A model generated the notes under the pieces. The model was given only the letters and a program-made list of their open reading frames with translations, was not told the DNA's origin and did not search any database. DNA of 58,026 nucleotides, the filler included, from Circinaria calcarea (taxonomy: Eukaryota), in assembly GCA_051942165.1 (NCBI GenBank). It is 4 parts of 4 records of this genome, joined end to end, with 100 filler letters (N's around TTAATTAATTAA, not from the genome) between each part and the next. Parts side by side here need not be neighbours in the genome. Positions count along the whole stretch, not along the records: positions 14,543 to 28,983 come from JAVECS010000431.1; positions 29,084 to 43,523 come from JAVECS010000432.1; 2 more parts are not named here. One strand, 5' to 3'. The position numbers were made by a program, and so were the translations under genes. This document shows positions 25,349 through 37,827 of this stretch, piece after piece; the stretch's first letter is position 1; every line of letters starts with the position of its first letter.

Positions 25349-26320
25349 TCCCTACAGCGAGCAACGGGTATCACCGCCTGGTGTAAATTCCACCAGTTCA
25401 GAAAAAAGGTACAAAATAAGGAGATACGCATTAATGAATTAGCGACGGTGTCCGGGGAGGGCTCTCTATTGGATGTTCTTGGACTAGCGCTAGGATATTG
25501 GATGGCAATCGATACTGAACGCTAATTTTCTTGGACATGTTTTCTTCTCTTTCCTGTCTACAGCTTCCTCACAATGCCAGACTTAACATCCCCTTCTTGT
25601 CAGTCTATTCAGCGGACTGAACGTATAAAGAATCAAATTTATTCTTGTATACATCGAGTTTACGTGTTTCGCCATGAACTCTGCAGAAGAAGAGCCTATG
25701 GTCTATATGATATATTAACCCTGCTTTCAGCCGGTGTGAAACCTAATTGCATCCATCTTGCCCGACTCTTCTATGCTGATCTACCCTACCTCGCAGTAAC
25801 GACGCAGCTTCAAAGTCTCCTCCCTGTGCCAGCGGAACAAATAGGGAGGTTATTTCCCAATGAAAGGCATCGGGGCAGCATTGTTGAACGTCGAAGGGTC
25901 GAAAGGCAGCGAAAAGGCAACAGAAGGTTGGCGGAAAGCCAGCAGGAGCCACTCGAAACCGAGCAGAAAGTCGGCGAAAAGCCGGCAAGGAGTCCGCACT
26001 GTAGCGTTTGATAATTGCCTGTTCGAGGACCATCGTTGAACTTCGATAAAATTCCGATTTACCAGATTAGTCAGATGATGTCAGATGACCATCAGATTGA
26101 GATGTCAGGCTTATTCTCCAAGGTTCGTGTCCTCACTAGGCCTCTGAGTCGGGAAACCGGGGGCAAAAGGATGGGATATGTAAATTTTATGTTAAACTGT
26201 AAATGCTGGAACCTCGAGGCGGTTATATGTACATGTGAGGTTGGCCTACTGGAGGGTATTTCACGAAGCAGGCCATATCCTTCAGTCTGCCCAGTGCTCC
26301 CCTTGCTCTCCAGCACCACG

Positions 26321-27562
26321 CTAACACTGGAAGGCCACACCCTCCCTCTTTGCCATGTTCTTCCCTCCTCCCGCAAACCCCGTCCCATCTGCTGATATCT
26401 CCACCATTCCAGGTTTTAGAGCCTCCTTCTCGTTCTTGGCACCGTCCTTGCCTTCTCTTGCCGATATATGCTTTTTGGATGCTGTGGGCATGGGTGAGAG
26501 AGAGGTGGAACAAACGTAACATGCGATTGTTTCTTCCTGGTAGTCGGAAGGCGGATTTGATGGTGCTTTGGCAGGTGTCATGAACTTCCCCACGCAGGGT
26601 TTGCAGATGACGTGACCGCAGGGGATGGTGAGCATGGCTTTGAGACCGTTGGAGAGGGCTTTCTTGCAGGATGGACATATTCGTGAGGGGGGAGGGTCTG
26701 AAGGAGAGGGTTTGGAGGATACGTTTGAGCCGGTGGATGATGAGGTGGTAAAGGTAACCGGAACGAGGGTCTTTAGCGAAAGCGGATGAGGGGATGTTTC
26801 GGAAGATGAGGGGCAGATGGGGTGGAGTTTAGGGGGTTTCGTGGTTGATGAGGTGTGGGTATTGGTGGAGGAGGGTGTCAAGGAAGGTACCCAGAAGGAG
26901 GGCAGCGTTGGTTTGGAGGCCTGGTTGAGCGACCTTATTTAGCAATCCTATCTTTGTAACCACTGTCGACAGATAAAGGGCGGACTACCTTCTCCTCATC
27001 CAGCGCCTTTCTCGCCCTTGCCCTCTCCTCCTTCGCATTCCTTAGTAGCTCATCCTCGTCCAGCTCAAACTTCCTCTTTACGCCCCTGCCTTCCTTTACG
27101 CCCTCCTCCTCCCTTGACACCGGATCCCCGTTCGTTTTTTTCTTCACTCCACCTTCCAGCCCCATCATCACCCTTTCAAAGTCTTCCACCGCCTTCCCCT
27201 TCTCCTCTTCCCCTCTCTCCCGTTCGTTTTCCGCCTCTTCCCTCCGCCGGCGCTCATCCTCCTTTTGCAACCGTTTGATTTCTTTCCGCTGCGCCAAGAG
27301 GTTACTGACCGCGCACTCCCGGCAGAAAATGTCTCCGTTGGAAGCGCATGCCACAGGATCACGCGCTATCTGAAGGCAAAGGCGACAGGAGGCGAATGGG
27401 AGGAAGGAATCTCTGGATAGACGGGTTGCTTGGGAGCCCCAGGTTGCTTTAAGCAGAGCGCGTTCGTGGGAAGTGAAGAAAGCGAGGGAGGTGTTACGTT
27501 TGCCTGAAAAGTGATTAGTAGAAAATAAAGATTGGGCACAGTGGGAGCTCACTATGGGACAT
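26321..27562 (-). CDS. NOSIP: NOSIP-like RING/U-box protein
   Basis: Spliced N-terminus MSH|SKRNTSLAFFTSHERA..RLSRDSFLPFASCRLCL..DPVAC..GDIFCRECAVSNLLAQRKEIKR; LPSFWVPSLTP; RING CPSC..CGHVICKPC..CYVC; C-terminal GTGFAGGG. Confidence 0.9.
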
Positions 27563-27767
27563 TGTGCGTACTGGCTCTTGCGTGGATTCGAAAGGTAGAT
27601 GGGCAGTACTCGAGGAACAGCCATAACAAGCCCAATACTCTTTAGGGCTGCACTAGATTAGGTACTCCAGGCTAAGCACAGCTGGGGTAAGGAGGACACT
27701 AATAGTGTCAAACGGTGTGATATACTATCGCCGCCTACTTTGCTCCTTCGCTTTTTGTTACATTCTT

Positions 27768-27820
27768 CTCCACTCTATACGAGCTGACATGTACTCCTCC
27801 ACTTCTATACGAGCTGACAT
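27768..27820. repeat. Near-perfect 23-24 bp direct repeat in the divergent intergenic region
   Basis: CTCCACTCTATACGAGCTGACAT (27768-27790) and CTCCACTTCTATACGAGCTGACAT (27797-27820). Confidence 0.85.
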
Positions 27821-28071
27821 ACGCAAACCGCCTTGAAAAACCCACGCAGATGCTGAAGGCAGGATGCATAAGTCTTGCGTAGGGCCTGTCAGCGAGCATT
27901 GTACCTCCGAGCCCTCACTAGACCATAGTACTATAAAAACTCTCTGGGTCGCTCCTTCAGTTTATCAACTTTGATATCCTGGTTAAAATTTTCTCAAGGT
28001 AGAACAGTACTGATTTCGTGATCTTAAGATCCTAATTGCGTCTACTTTCATTCACGACTAAATCTCTCATA

Positions 28072-28983
28072 ATGATTTACAACTATGCCTTTCCTGTCGC
28101 TTTTTGCCTTATTGGAAGCATAGCGGCATCACCTTTCCTGGCGTCTTCTCCTCAAGTTAAGACTCTAGCATACTGCCTCTCATCGAAAAATGTACCAGTC
28201 AGCAATGCTTCGTCTCCGGATTTCGCTCAGCGATCAGAACCCTATAATCTTCGCTTAGCCTATGTTCCAGTTGTCATTGTCCTTCCTACCACACCCCAGC
28301 ATGTCAGTGATGCAGTAGTATGCGCTGCTGCAAGCGGTGTCAAAGTACAAGTAAGCCTACTCTGATTAGTGACTAACAGTTTATCCGAATCTGAGCTGAT
28401 TAGATTTAACTAGGCTAAGAGTGGCGGCCATTCATACGCCTCTTTTAGCTCGGGAGGTCAAAACGGCGCCATGATAATTGATCTAGAGAGTTTCCAGGAC
28501 ATCAGTGTCGACAAGAATGGAGTAGCTACGGTGGGTGCCGGCGTTAGGCTTGGGAATCTTGCTCTGGGCATCTATAATCAGGCACGGCGCGCCCTACCAC
28601 ATGGTACTTGTCCAGGTGTGGGTATCGGAGGCCATTTTTCTCATGGAGGTTACGGCTATGACTCACGTAAGTGGGGTTTGGCTTTGGACACCATCGTTGG
28701 TCTGGACGTCGTCCTTGCGAACGGTAGCTACATACACACCACATCTGCAGCATATCCGGATATCTACTATGTGAGTGCTCTCCTGCCTCCTTCATCCACC
28801 CAAGGCTTGTCATTTACTATATAGATGGCATTTTCCTTGGCAACTCTGTACTAACCCAATCTTCCCAGGCACTACGGGGAGCTGCTGAATCTTTTGGTGT
28901 GGTGACGCACTTTTACCTGCAAACGCAGCCTGCCCCCAGCAGCTTGGTGTACTGGCATTATGGCTTTCCCGATATGTACACCT
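28072..28983 (+). CDS. Secreted FAD-linked oxidase, BBE-like / AA7 oligosaccharide oxidase type; 3' end truncated by the gap
   Basis: Signal peptide, AKSGGHSY (FAD-His), HGTCPGVGIGGH (FAD-Cys), GLALDTIVGLDVVLANG, ALRGAAESFGVVT; two introns. Confidence 0.9.
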
Positions 28984-29083
28984 NNNNNNNNNNNNNNNNN
29001 NNNNNNNNNNNNNNNNNNNNNNNNNNNTTAATTAATTAANNNNNNNNNNNNNNNNNNNNNNNNNNNNNNNNNNNNNNNNNNNN
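28984..29083. other. Artificial contig spacer
   Basis: N44-TTAATTAATTAA-N44. Confidence 0.98.
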
Positions 29084-29160
29084 ATGTGGGCGGAGGGGTT
29101 TTGGGGGGAATCAGGGTAGAGGATATTGACGAGGAGGTAGCGATGCTTGATGCGGACCAT
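29084..29160 (-). CDS. POP5: RNase P/MRP subunit Pop5 (Rpp14/Pop5 family), N-terminal fragment cut by the gap
   Basis: Reverse strand reads MVRIKHRYLLVNILYPDSPQNPSAH, the characteristic Pop5 start MVRxKxRYL. Not in the ORF track. Confidence 0.8.
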
Positions 29161-29196
29161 TGGGTATGGACATTGTGGGGTTAAGGGGATGTGTTA

Positions 29197-29448
29197 TTTT
29201 TTGATCGGAGGGAGGGAGGCACGCGGTTGACAAAAAACTATGCAACCCCGCATTACCCCCAACCGTAGCTACTGGCCTATTCCAGCCCAGAGCTCGGCTG
29301 TGAAGCCCCTAATATTAGGGCGATCCCACCATAGTTTTTTGATCGGAGGGAGGGAGGTTAGACCTGAAGTACGGAAAGTGCACGGACCTTTGGACCCGGG
29401 GATGCCTGTCAGCTCGGGGTAGAAAGTGGCTCTTACCTATCAAAAAAC
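29197..29448. repeat. Short direct and inverted repeats, possible MITE relics
   Basis: 23-bp direct repeat TTTTTTGATCGGAGGGAGGGAGG at 29197 and 29335; inverted matches CAAAAAACTATG (29231-29242) and CCTATCAAAAAAC (29436-29448). Confidence 0.6.
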
Positions 29449-30301
29449 GTGTTTTAGCTGATCAGCTTTACTTGTTCCTAATTAACGGCGATGCTTGTTC
29501 ATGTATATTCCTTGCCGGTGGCTAACTCGACCCTGCATTTTCCTGCCTGCTGCACTGCATCTTTGCTGGCAGAAAGCTGTGGATCCGGCCTCGACGAGTT
29601 GATTACAATTTTGTTGCTGCAACATTGCTACTCTACTAGACCTCCCAGAAACACATGTACTCTATATCTCTGAGTTCAAGTGCTATTTGGAATACACCTA
29701 TATGCAGCTTTGGCGGATTCTAATCTTTTTGTAGAATCCAGTACCTAAGCTTCAGGCGCTTGCCAGCTCAATGCTCTTCCTACAGAAGTGATCCTAGACG
29801 AGTCTGGCCATATTCCCTGGCAGTTAGACTCTCAGCTCGATAAGCTGGGACAACTTCATGTCGATATTAGCAGCGGGTCAATGGACTCTACTCCTTCCAT
29901 GCTATCAATGGCTTGTTGTGGCAAAGCACGACCCAGACACCCTGCATAATCATGTGGGTGACCTTAGTGAGTATTGACAAACGCGCCGTAAGGGAGCCCT
30001 ATGAAGGAGATAGCTTATGGGAATCCGCAGCAAAGTTCGACAAATACCTGGTATGCCTGCTAATGCTGCTGGCACTGCATGTATAAGTGACCATAGACCA
30101 TGAAGCTATCAGCTAAGACCCTGCTCAATTCAATCCTTTCATTCACCCAGGCCATACAGCAGGTCTCCCCGGAGAGCCATCCCACTCTACAGTTTCCACA
30201 TTTAGAGTTGCCTTTTCGCCCTCCATCCAAGCAGTCTGGCGGTACATAGTTGTTTAGATACTTCCACCCTTGGTTTCATTACAGGTCATAATACTTCGGT
30301 G

Positions 30302-31674
30302 ATGGCTTTTCCTCTTACCTTGGATTCACCGCCGCAACCAGATTTCACAGGCCTATTGAATGAAATAGCTGCACAAGGAAAATCTCTCCTTCAGAACGAG
30401 GGAAGCTCACGAGAAAGGCTTATTGATAGTGCTCGCTCCTTGATTGCGGCCCTGGAAACTCCCATGGAAACCATTACATGGTTAATGTGGGCCGAAGTCA
30501 GTACAAAGGACACATTAACTCCGAGATGCCCACTGACGACGCCCACAGCCAACTCGAAATTCTGCCAGTGGCCATTGACCTTGGCATATTCGAAAACTGG
30601 CCGAGGATGCAGGGCGTGCCAAGAGCACCGCAGAACTTGCATCTGTAAAGAATGCAGAGCCGGATTTGGTAAGGCAGATCGTCAGGCATCTGGAACCTAT
30701 GAGGATGGTAAAGGAGGTTGGCCTTGATAGTTGTGCCCCAACTGAGCTCTCTCGAGCCTTGGCGGTACCCAAGTCCAGAGATGGAATTTCATATTGGTAA
30801 GTATTGACCGCTCACTAAAAGGCAGTCCGTTGACGGTGTATGATAGTTTTGATTGTGCTGGGCCCATTTTCCAAAAACTTCCCAAATACCTCGCTTCGAC
30901 CAGTTACAAGAACCCTACCGATACGGCCAAGGGGCCGTTTCAGTACGCTCACGAAACCGAACTACACGGCTGGGAATGGATGAGTGCCCGTCCCGAAATA
31001 ATGCAAGCTTTTCAGAACTACATGAGCGGGCTACGAGCGGAGAAGCCTAGCTGGACGGATCCAGGGTTTTACCAAGTAACTGAACGCCTGGAGCAGGGGT
31101 TGAAGCAGACTGGGGATGGTAATGCAATCGTCGATGTGGGAAGGGGCCTCGGTCACGATCTCGAAACATTCAAGAGTAAATGTCCTCAGTTCCGAGGACG
31201 CTTGGTTCTGCAAGACCAACCCCAGGTCATTGCTCAGATTTCCCAAATTAGCCCGGGAATCGAAGTAACGGTGCACGATTTTTATACCCCTCAGCCAATC
31301 AAAGGTACTTTCTGCCCGACCACCGCCAATCAGACTGATTCGAATCCTACTAATTGATCATAGGTGCACGTGCATACTTTCTCAAATACGTCCTGCACGA
31401 CTGGCCCGACGACCGCTGCCGCGAGATCCTCAGGCATCTCACCGCCGTCATGGAACCGGGCTACTCTAAGCTCCTCATCAACGAGGCCGTGATCCCAGAC
31501 ACAGGGGCTTCCTGGAGGTATACCTCGCTGGACCTGTTCATGCTGGCTTTGGCGTCTTCGACGGAAAGGACGGAGTCGCAGTGGCGAACGCTGCTGGAAA
31601 GTGTAGGCTTGACAGTCACGGGCATTTGGACTGGAGGGAAAGGAGGGGAGAGTCTGATAGAGGCGACGCTATGA
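30302..31674 (+). pseudogene. Secondary-metabolite O-methyltransferase (Methyltransf_2 type), probably a pseudogene
   Basis: Motifs VDVGRGLGHD, LVLQD, HDFYTPQPIKG|ARAYFLKYVLHDWPD, ERTESQWRTLL. Exon 2 has two frameshifts (~30567, ~30595) and an in-frame TGA at 30576; the GGG motif is altered to GRG. Confidence 0.8.
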
Positions 31675-31856
31675 GGTTTAATAAGGTAGAGCTTTGAATG
31701 GATCTCTTGATGTTGTCACCCCGCCTTCAACTAAGAAGTCTGTACCAGAAGCATTGCTCTACCTGTCCTGTGTCCGAGACGTATGCCTTCTAGCTATTGT
31801 TCCAACTGTGGAGATTTCAAAACGATATTGGTTGATTGTCACCGCACTAGCCCACA

Positions 31857-33549
31857 TCACGATAGCTTAATCCTAGCAATACCTAAGCTGGCCACGAGAC
31901 CAAAGGAAGCTATAACCGTATAGAAAATCCACATATCATTCAGAGCCGCCACGAGCGCACTACTCACCACAGCTCGTTGTGCGTTTGCTAAAGTCGAGAT
32001 TGCTGCGATTGAGGAAATCGCATTACCTTCGCTTAAGACTGCTACCAGTTCGGACGGTACACCGGCGCTGGAAAGCACTCCCGATTGCTTCTTTATTTGA
32101 TTTTGAAAAATGACCTGGCCGAATATTACACTGATTGTCTGACTGAATGTCTTAATGAATTGAAAAGTCGAGGTTCCAGTGGCGACATCCTGCGGATCGA
32201 TCTGGGCGTGAAACGCTATAAGCGGTGCTTGATAAGTAAGGCCTAATCCAACCGCCACTAGGATTTGAGGGATGATAATCCGGGGCCAGCTGGTATAAGG
32301 TTGTGAGTTGATAAGAAGGCCGGTTCCGAGCTGTAAGGCACAGACGCCACCTTGGATCAGACCAACATATTCACCAGTTCTCTTCACTATGTGTCCGACG
32401 CAGAGGAAGAAGATAGCAAGAGTCAACGTGGTGGGAAGGAAATATACACCAGAGATCAAAGGTGAAACTCCAAGGACGAGCTGGAAATACAGTGGGAGAA
32501 AATAAGTACGAGCTGTGGTAATGAAAGATTGGGATACGCAGACAGCTAAAAGTGCTATACGAGAACGTTGAGCAAAGAACCTCAGAGGAATCAACGGGGA
32601 CTTGGCGACTTTCCACTCCGCGACGATGAAGATCCCGAAAGTGATGAGACCAAATGCGATAAGGCAGATAACTGGGATGGAGTTCCATGGAAACCTAGTT
32701 CCACCAAGCTGTAAGCCCAGAAGCAGCATCAGTGTTGCACTAATGATTAATATACTTCCAAGCCAATCAATCGCCTTAAGTCCTTGCGTAACTGGCGTTT
32801 TGGGTGTATGGACATTCAGGAGGAAAATAAGTAATATGAACGAAAGCCCGGTGAAAGGTACTATATCACTGTTATCACTAGTCCTTTAATCAGATTTATA
32901 TGCTCACCATTGATCCAGAAGCAATCTCTCCAGGAGGCGGCTTGGGTTAGAATTCCGCCAACAAGAGACCCGGCAGCGGCAGCGATAGCAATGACTGCCC
33001 CAACCACTCCAAAATAGAGCCCACGATCTCTGTTGGAAGCTGTCAGCATACCTCTAATCTTCATTCAGAGTTACTAGATGGTCCTAACCTTATACTGAAA
33101 AGGTCGCCCACGCATATGTTCACAAGGACAGTCAGGCCGCCCCCTCCCACGCCTTGTACCGCACGACCAGCAATCAAGACTACCGCATTGCCGGATAAGG
33201 CGCCGATGAGAGTGCCAACAAAGAACAGAACATTCGTAATGATGAGTATCGGTTTCCTACCAAAGACATTGCTAATGTTTGCCCACACCGGGACCACGAC
33301 CCCAAAAGCTAACATGTAAGCAGAACCAATCCACGCGAATCCTGCGTCGGTTGTTCCAAACTCGATAGCGATGGTAGGGAGTGCGTTTGTCATGATAAAT
33401 GTATCCAGTGACACGACAAAGACGCTTGTACACAGAGCCAGCATAATGAGTTTGGTTCGCTGCGGTGACGAGTGATTCAAGGCGACTGTGCTAATGCTAC
33501 CAGCATTAGGTGTTGCGACCATATCGGCTCCCGCAGGTGCTATGGCCAT
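31857..33549 (-). CDS. MFS drug:H+ antiporter, 14-TM (DHA14) type
   Basis: FVVSLDTFI, WIGSAYML, SNVFGRKP, GRAVQGVGGGG, RDRGLYFG, CFWIN|VP, IDWLG, YFLPLYFQ. Two introns splice in frame; the C-terminus may be slightly short. Confidence 0.88.
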
Positions 33550-33900
33550 GCTGACGATTGCTGTCCCATCCGAAGCTGGGAGGGCTACTTCGCAGCTGTT
33601 GGGTTCCTTGGTAGAGGGTTTGAAGAGCTCTAAGATCGACGTGAGTCAATATTGCACGGCCCTCAACAGAGGCGTTGTTTGCACCGTGACCTAAGTTGAG
33701 AATGGGGACATCTATGGTTGTATGCTACCTTTAAAGGAGCTATTAGCCTTGAACTAAGGTCAACACAGAATAACAAGCACAAGCTCACAGACCCCACCGA
33801 ATTATCAAAGAGCTGATAGAAGCACACGTAAATGCAAAGCGTAGCCCACGATGTAGATTTACTATCATCAAATAATACATATAATATGCCGAGTCGAATT

Positions 33901-35450
33901 CTACTGTGTCGCCGTTTCTATTATTGGACCAGTGTAAACCTTTCGCCCAAGTACGACCCAGAACAGCAGGCTGAAGGTTAGCGCTCCACTAAATACAACA
34001 ACCGACCAATTCATCGTCACCGCAGTCACTTCCGAACTTGCAGGCCAGAATGAGAAAAAAATCCCAACTGCACTGTAAATCAAGGACAGGATGATAATAG
34101 GGATGCCTGCACGCCCGAGCTTGAAGGGACCGTACGCGATCTGTTCATCGGGAGTCGTGAGCCGCTTGTGCAGGAGCACTGCCGCTGATATGGCGAAAGA
34201 TGAATAAAAGGACGCAATGACGAGTGAAGTTAGGGCGTTGAACACTGTTGAAGATCCGATGTTGATCAGTGCGAGGAGAAGGCTGATGACGGTGGACAGA
34301 GCGATGCAGTACAATGGAAGAGCGGTACGCTGCTCGACCTATATAACACATAAGGACTTTGGTGGAATCCGTCAAGTGGTGGTCTAGCCCGAACCTTTGC
34401 GAGAGTCATGGATCCAGGGAGACCTCTTTCTCGAGCAAATGCCCATGCCATTCGTGAGGCTGTAGCAAGGAGGCCAACGGTTGCAAAGACCATCGCTGCA
34501 ATAATAACCGAGGTCTGCCGGACATCAGCCAGAGGACAGCAGACATTGACTCGTAGTGGCTCTTCCACTAGTTCTTTTTCAACCTACCATCGCGGTTGCA
34601 CCCCTATGGGAGCCTGTTGCATTGAGGAAAACTTCGATAAAGGGAAATCCTGTCGGCGAGCTGATTGCGTCTTGCACATTACCCAGGGAGAATAAAGTTG
34701 CTATTACCATAGCAAAACCGAGTGAGCCATTTAAGACTATTGACGCTAACATGCTCCGTGGAATAACTATCGAAGCTCCTTCAATCTCCTCCGCTATCGA
34801 GACATAAATATTAATGGCTTTTCTTTCGATTAATATTAATAGCCAAAACGACAACTGACCCATATAACTAGCTGCATCACTCCCTACTAACCATTAACCC
34901 TGATAGTCTCCGACTCCTTACCACGGGTAAAATACCAATAAAAGCAAACATGCTTGTAGATAATCCGATGAAAAAAGACAACCCATCCGCACTCCAGCCT
35001 CCACCATTATTAAAAGTGGCGAAAACATCTCGAGCGGAGCCATGCGGAGCAAGGTATACCAAGGGAATTAAAATGCAGAAAAACCGACAACATGAAGTAT
35101 CAAAACCATCCCTTCGATCTTAGGAAGTAAGCGTGCCAAATAGGTATTAATAAAAAGACTAAGACTGATAGTAACATAGTAAAGTAAAGTGCCGTGCCAT
35201 CTCTCGAAGACATAGCCCTCGTGATTCAAGACCAATAAACCCTGGATCATCATTCCGCCGAGAAACGCGGCGCTGGCCAATACCACTTGCCATGAAATGA
35301 TAATCATCCAGCCAGTGAAATAGCTCAAAAACTTCGAGCAGGACGGAGGAGAAAGAATAGCAACTCTAAACGGCAATTAGTAATAGCATTGAAGATTTAG
35401 ATAGCATATAAACTAACCAGTTATATTGACCACCTGAGAGGGGAATCCTA
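33901..35450 (-). pseudogene. ACT-family amino acid/choline/GABA permease, 5'-truncated pseudogene
   Basis: IPLSGGQYN, SYFTGW, WHGTLL, NNGGGW, IAEEIEGAS, TASRMAWAFARERGLP, INIGSSTVFNA, MNWSVVV. TG|A stop formed across intron 35417-35366; -1 frameshift at 35079-35083; first exons absent. Confidence 0.8.
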
Positions 35451-35494
35451 TTTAGCTTATTAGCACACAGGTCAAGATGTGTTTTCCAATCACT

Positions 35495-36251
35495 GCCTGC
35501 CCATTTCTCGGGCAGATCAATAATATAGTGATCTACGATCTTGAAACCCTCGGACTCATAGAGACCACGTCCATATTCCGATGCCTCGACCACAGCCTGG
35601 ACGGTTTCAGATTAGCTGTCAACAATGACCTAAATTGGCTAGCCGGTGGAGAAATCGTACTTCGACCTGCATCTTATCCGCCACAGCAATCCCCCATTTT
35701 ACAAGCATGCGACCAGCGCCTCGTCTCTGCCACTGTGGGTCAACGGTCAATATATCTAGCGCTAAATCGTAGAAACAAATATCAGCGTCCCCCAGCTCGT
35801 AATGCACCGGGCAAGATCCCCTATGAGACAAGTACAGCGTAGTAGAACGAAGTAACTTATACACCAGATTCCCACCTGACTTTTTGATGGCCCGTCGACG
35901 TGTCGCAAGGTACTCGCGGAACAAATGCTGCGCATACTCCTTCTCGTCTTCCGTCTCCCAGAAGTCCCCCTCGAGCTCAATCTCCTCCGGTACCACACCA
36001 TTGTAGACATTCCACTTTGCCTGCGCAACCATCTCTCCTGTACCAGCATCTGTTACCTTTAGAAAGGTAGTGTTGGGGTCGCTATGCTTGATGGCGAGCA
36101 TGCGCTTACCACCACTGATGCGGCCAGCGGGAGTATCATGGGCAGGGAAGGCGGCGTCGATATAGGGATGCTCATGGGCAAAGGCTAAAGAGATAATGGC
36201 GAAAGTGCGGTCCATATCGTCGTCTCTGCAGGTTTCGAGCTTGAGGGCCAT
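35495..36251 (-). CDS. GNAT acetyltransferase, 3' end apparently lost and fused to the permease remnant
   Basis: MALKLETC..FLKVTD..VAQAKW..LDILTVDPQWQRRGAGRMLVKWG (acetyl-CoA motif)..VEASEYGRGLYESEGF; two introns; no stop before it runs into permease sequence. Confidence 0.8.
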
Positions 36252-37126
36252 GTTGGCAGGGGGAGATAGCAGATGACCGGTGAGCTGAATACGGAAACAA
36301 GCAGTGTCGCTAGTTTTGGGGGTGAAGGAATATTGATGAATAAACCGCGTATAAGGAGCATTAAGACACGGACGCCTTGAATATACCACATCCATGTTTC
36401 AAGTTACACGACTGATCACTAAGCACATCTTCAATGCGCCTTGGCCATATCTCTCAGATACTCCGTACTTGGATTGTATTAGCTACGTTTCATCAATCGA
36501 TTATGGACTCCCTGAACTATATATTGACAAGCTAAATAGGATACGATCTTTCAAATTTACAACCTGCAAGTAGACAATCAGCTCAGGCTCGATCACCAGC
36601 GAACCGGTGTAAAAGAGCTAACACGAGGTTATTGAAGACTTGGAAAGTATTTCAAGCAGTATCCAAACAGAAACAGGACTCATGGAAAATTTAGATTGCT
36701 ATGGATGAGCGAAACGTAATCCTTAAGAAGGCCGTGAATACGAATACAGCGGAGTGAGCCGGAAGGTATAGCAAAGTCCTGTCAAGGTTATCTTACAACA
36801 AATGTTGCAGTTTGGTGATTGGATATCCATAGCTAGTATCCAAACTTCAGGTCAGATTCATAAGGGAGATGACGGCAATGGTGGTTTCCTTTGTCTAGCG
36901 TCCTAGCTTACAGCCTTTGCGGCTACCCGGCAACAAATATTGCGCTTCGAAGCTTGAGCTAGGATCACCAGGCAGTCTTATTCTTATGGGGCTTGGTGTG
37001 TATTGGAAGAGCATCTATTTCCTTATTACGTCCAGCCCATGTCAGGACCAGCATCGCGTATGATTCACCGGTGGCATTTCCATTGCTATGATCATCTCGC
37101 ATCTACGTCTGTAGTTGAACCTCAAC

Positions 37127-37414
37127 ATGTTTGCACGCCAGACCCTCCGTCTCATAAAGCCTTTCTCCAATCAAAGGTTCTACTGGTCTCAAGCAACTTT
37201 AACACTTCCTCCGAATCAAACAGTCAATGTCAAATGCGCCGTTGAAGGGGACTCGGATTGCTCGGTTTCAATTGGTAGAGATACCGGCTGTCAGTTGGCT
37301 GGGTCTAATCTGAGTGATAAGGCAACAAGAGTGAACCTGATCTTCTATGATGGCCTCCATTTTGCCCGTGGTATATTCTCCAGTGTAGTGTGCTACTGCT
37401 TCCAAGGAAACTGA
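37127..37414 (+). CDS. Small hypothetical protein with a mitochondrial presequence-like N-terminus
   Basis: 95-aa ORF with good start context (CAACATG). MFARQTLRLIKPFSNQRFY is Arg-rich and has no acidic residues. Confidence 0.5.
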   Translation: MFARQTLRLIKPFSNQRFYWSQATLTLPPNQTVNVKCAVEGDSDCSVSIGRDTGCQLAGSNLSDKATRVNLIFYDGLHFARGIFSSVVCYCFQGN

Positions 37415-37827
37415 CTGGCGGCCAGACAAATCTCCAAATTCGCCTCGCCTAACTTTGATGATGCAGGATGCTGCAAAACTCGTGGATTGTAGCGGGGCCG
37501 CAGAGGAGAGGGAGGCAACGCTGTATCATCACGGGGGTAGCAATGAGGGATCCGGTATTGCTTTGAAAGGGACTGAGGGAGGTAGGTCATCATGTGCAAT
37601 TCAGCGGAGTACAATAACTAATGTACATGAAAGAAGAATTCCTAAATATCACCGCCCAAGGAATCGAAGAGCTGAAGCACACCCTTGCTGCCTTAAAATA
37701 GAAAACCCTTTTTCCGAATGAATCTGTCCGCTTCTGCTCCCAAACACTACCGTGACCGTTGAGGTACCTCCTAAGCGTAAAAAGGAAATGCAAGATGTTC
37801 GCGTATCCACACCCAATATACATGTCC

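Noticed and set aside
25574..26395. ORFs of 96-145 aa between two convergent genes
   Set aside because: No recognisable motifs; probably 3' UTR or intergenic sequence
28072..33549. Apparent FAD oxidase + OMT + MFS secondary-metabolite cluster
   Set aside because: The oxidase is on a different, unlinked contig
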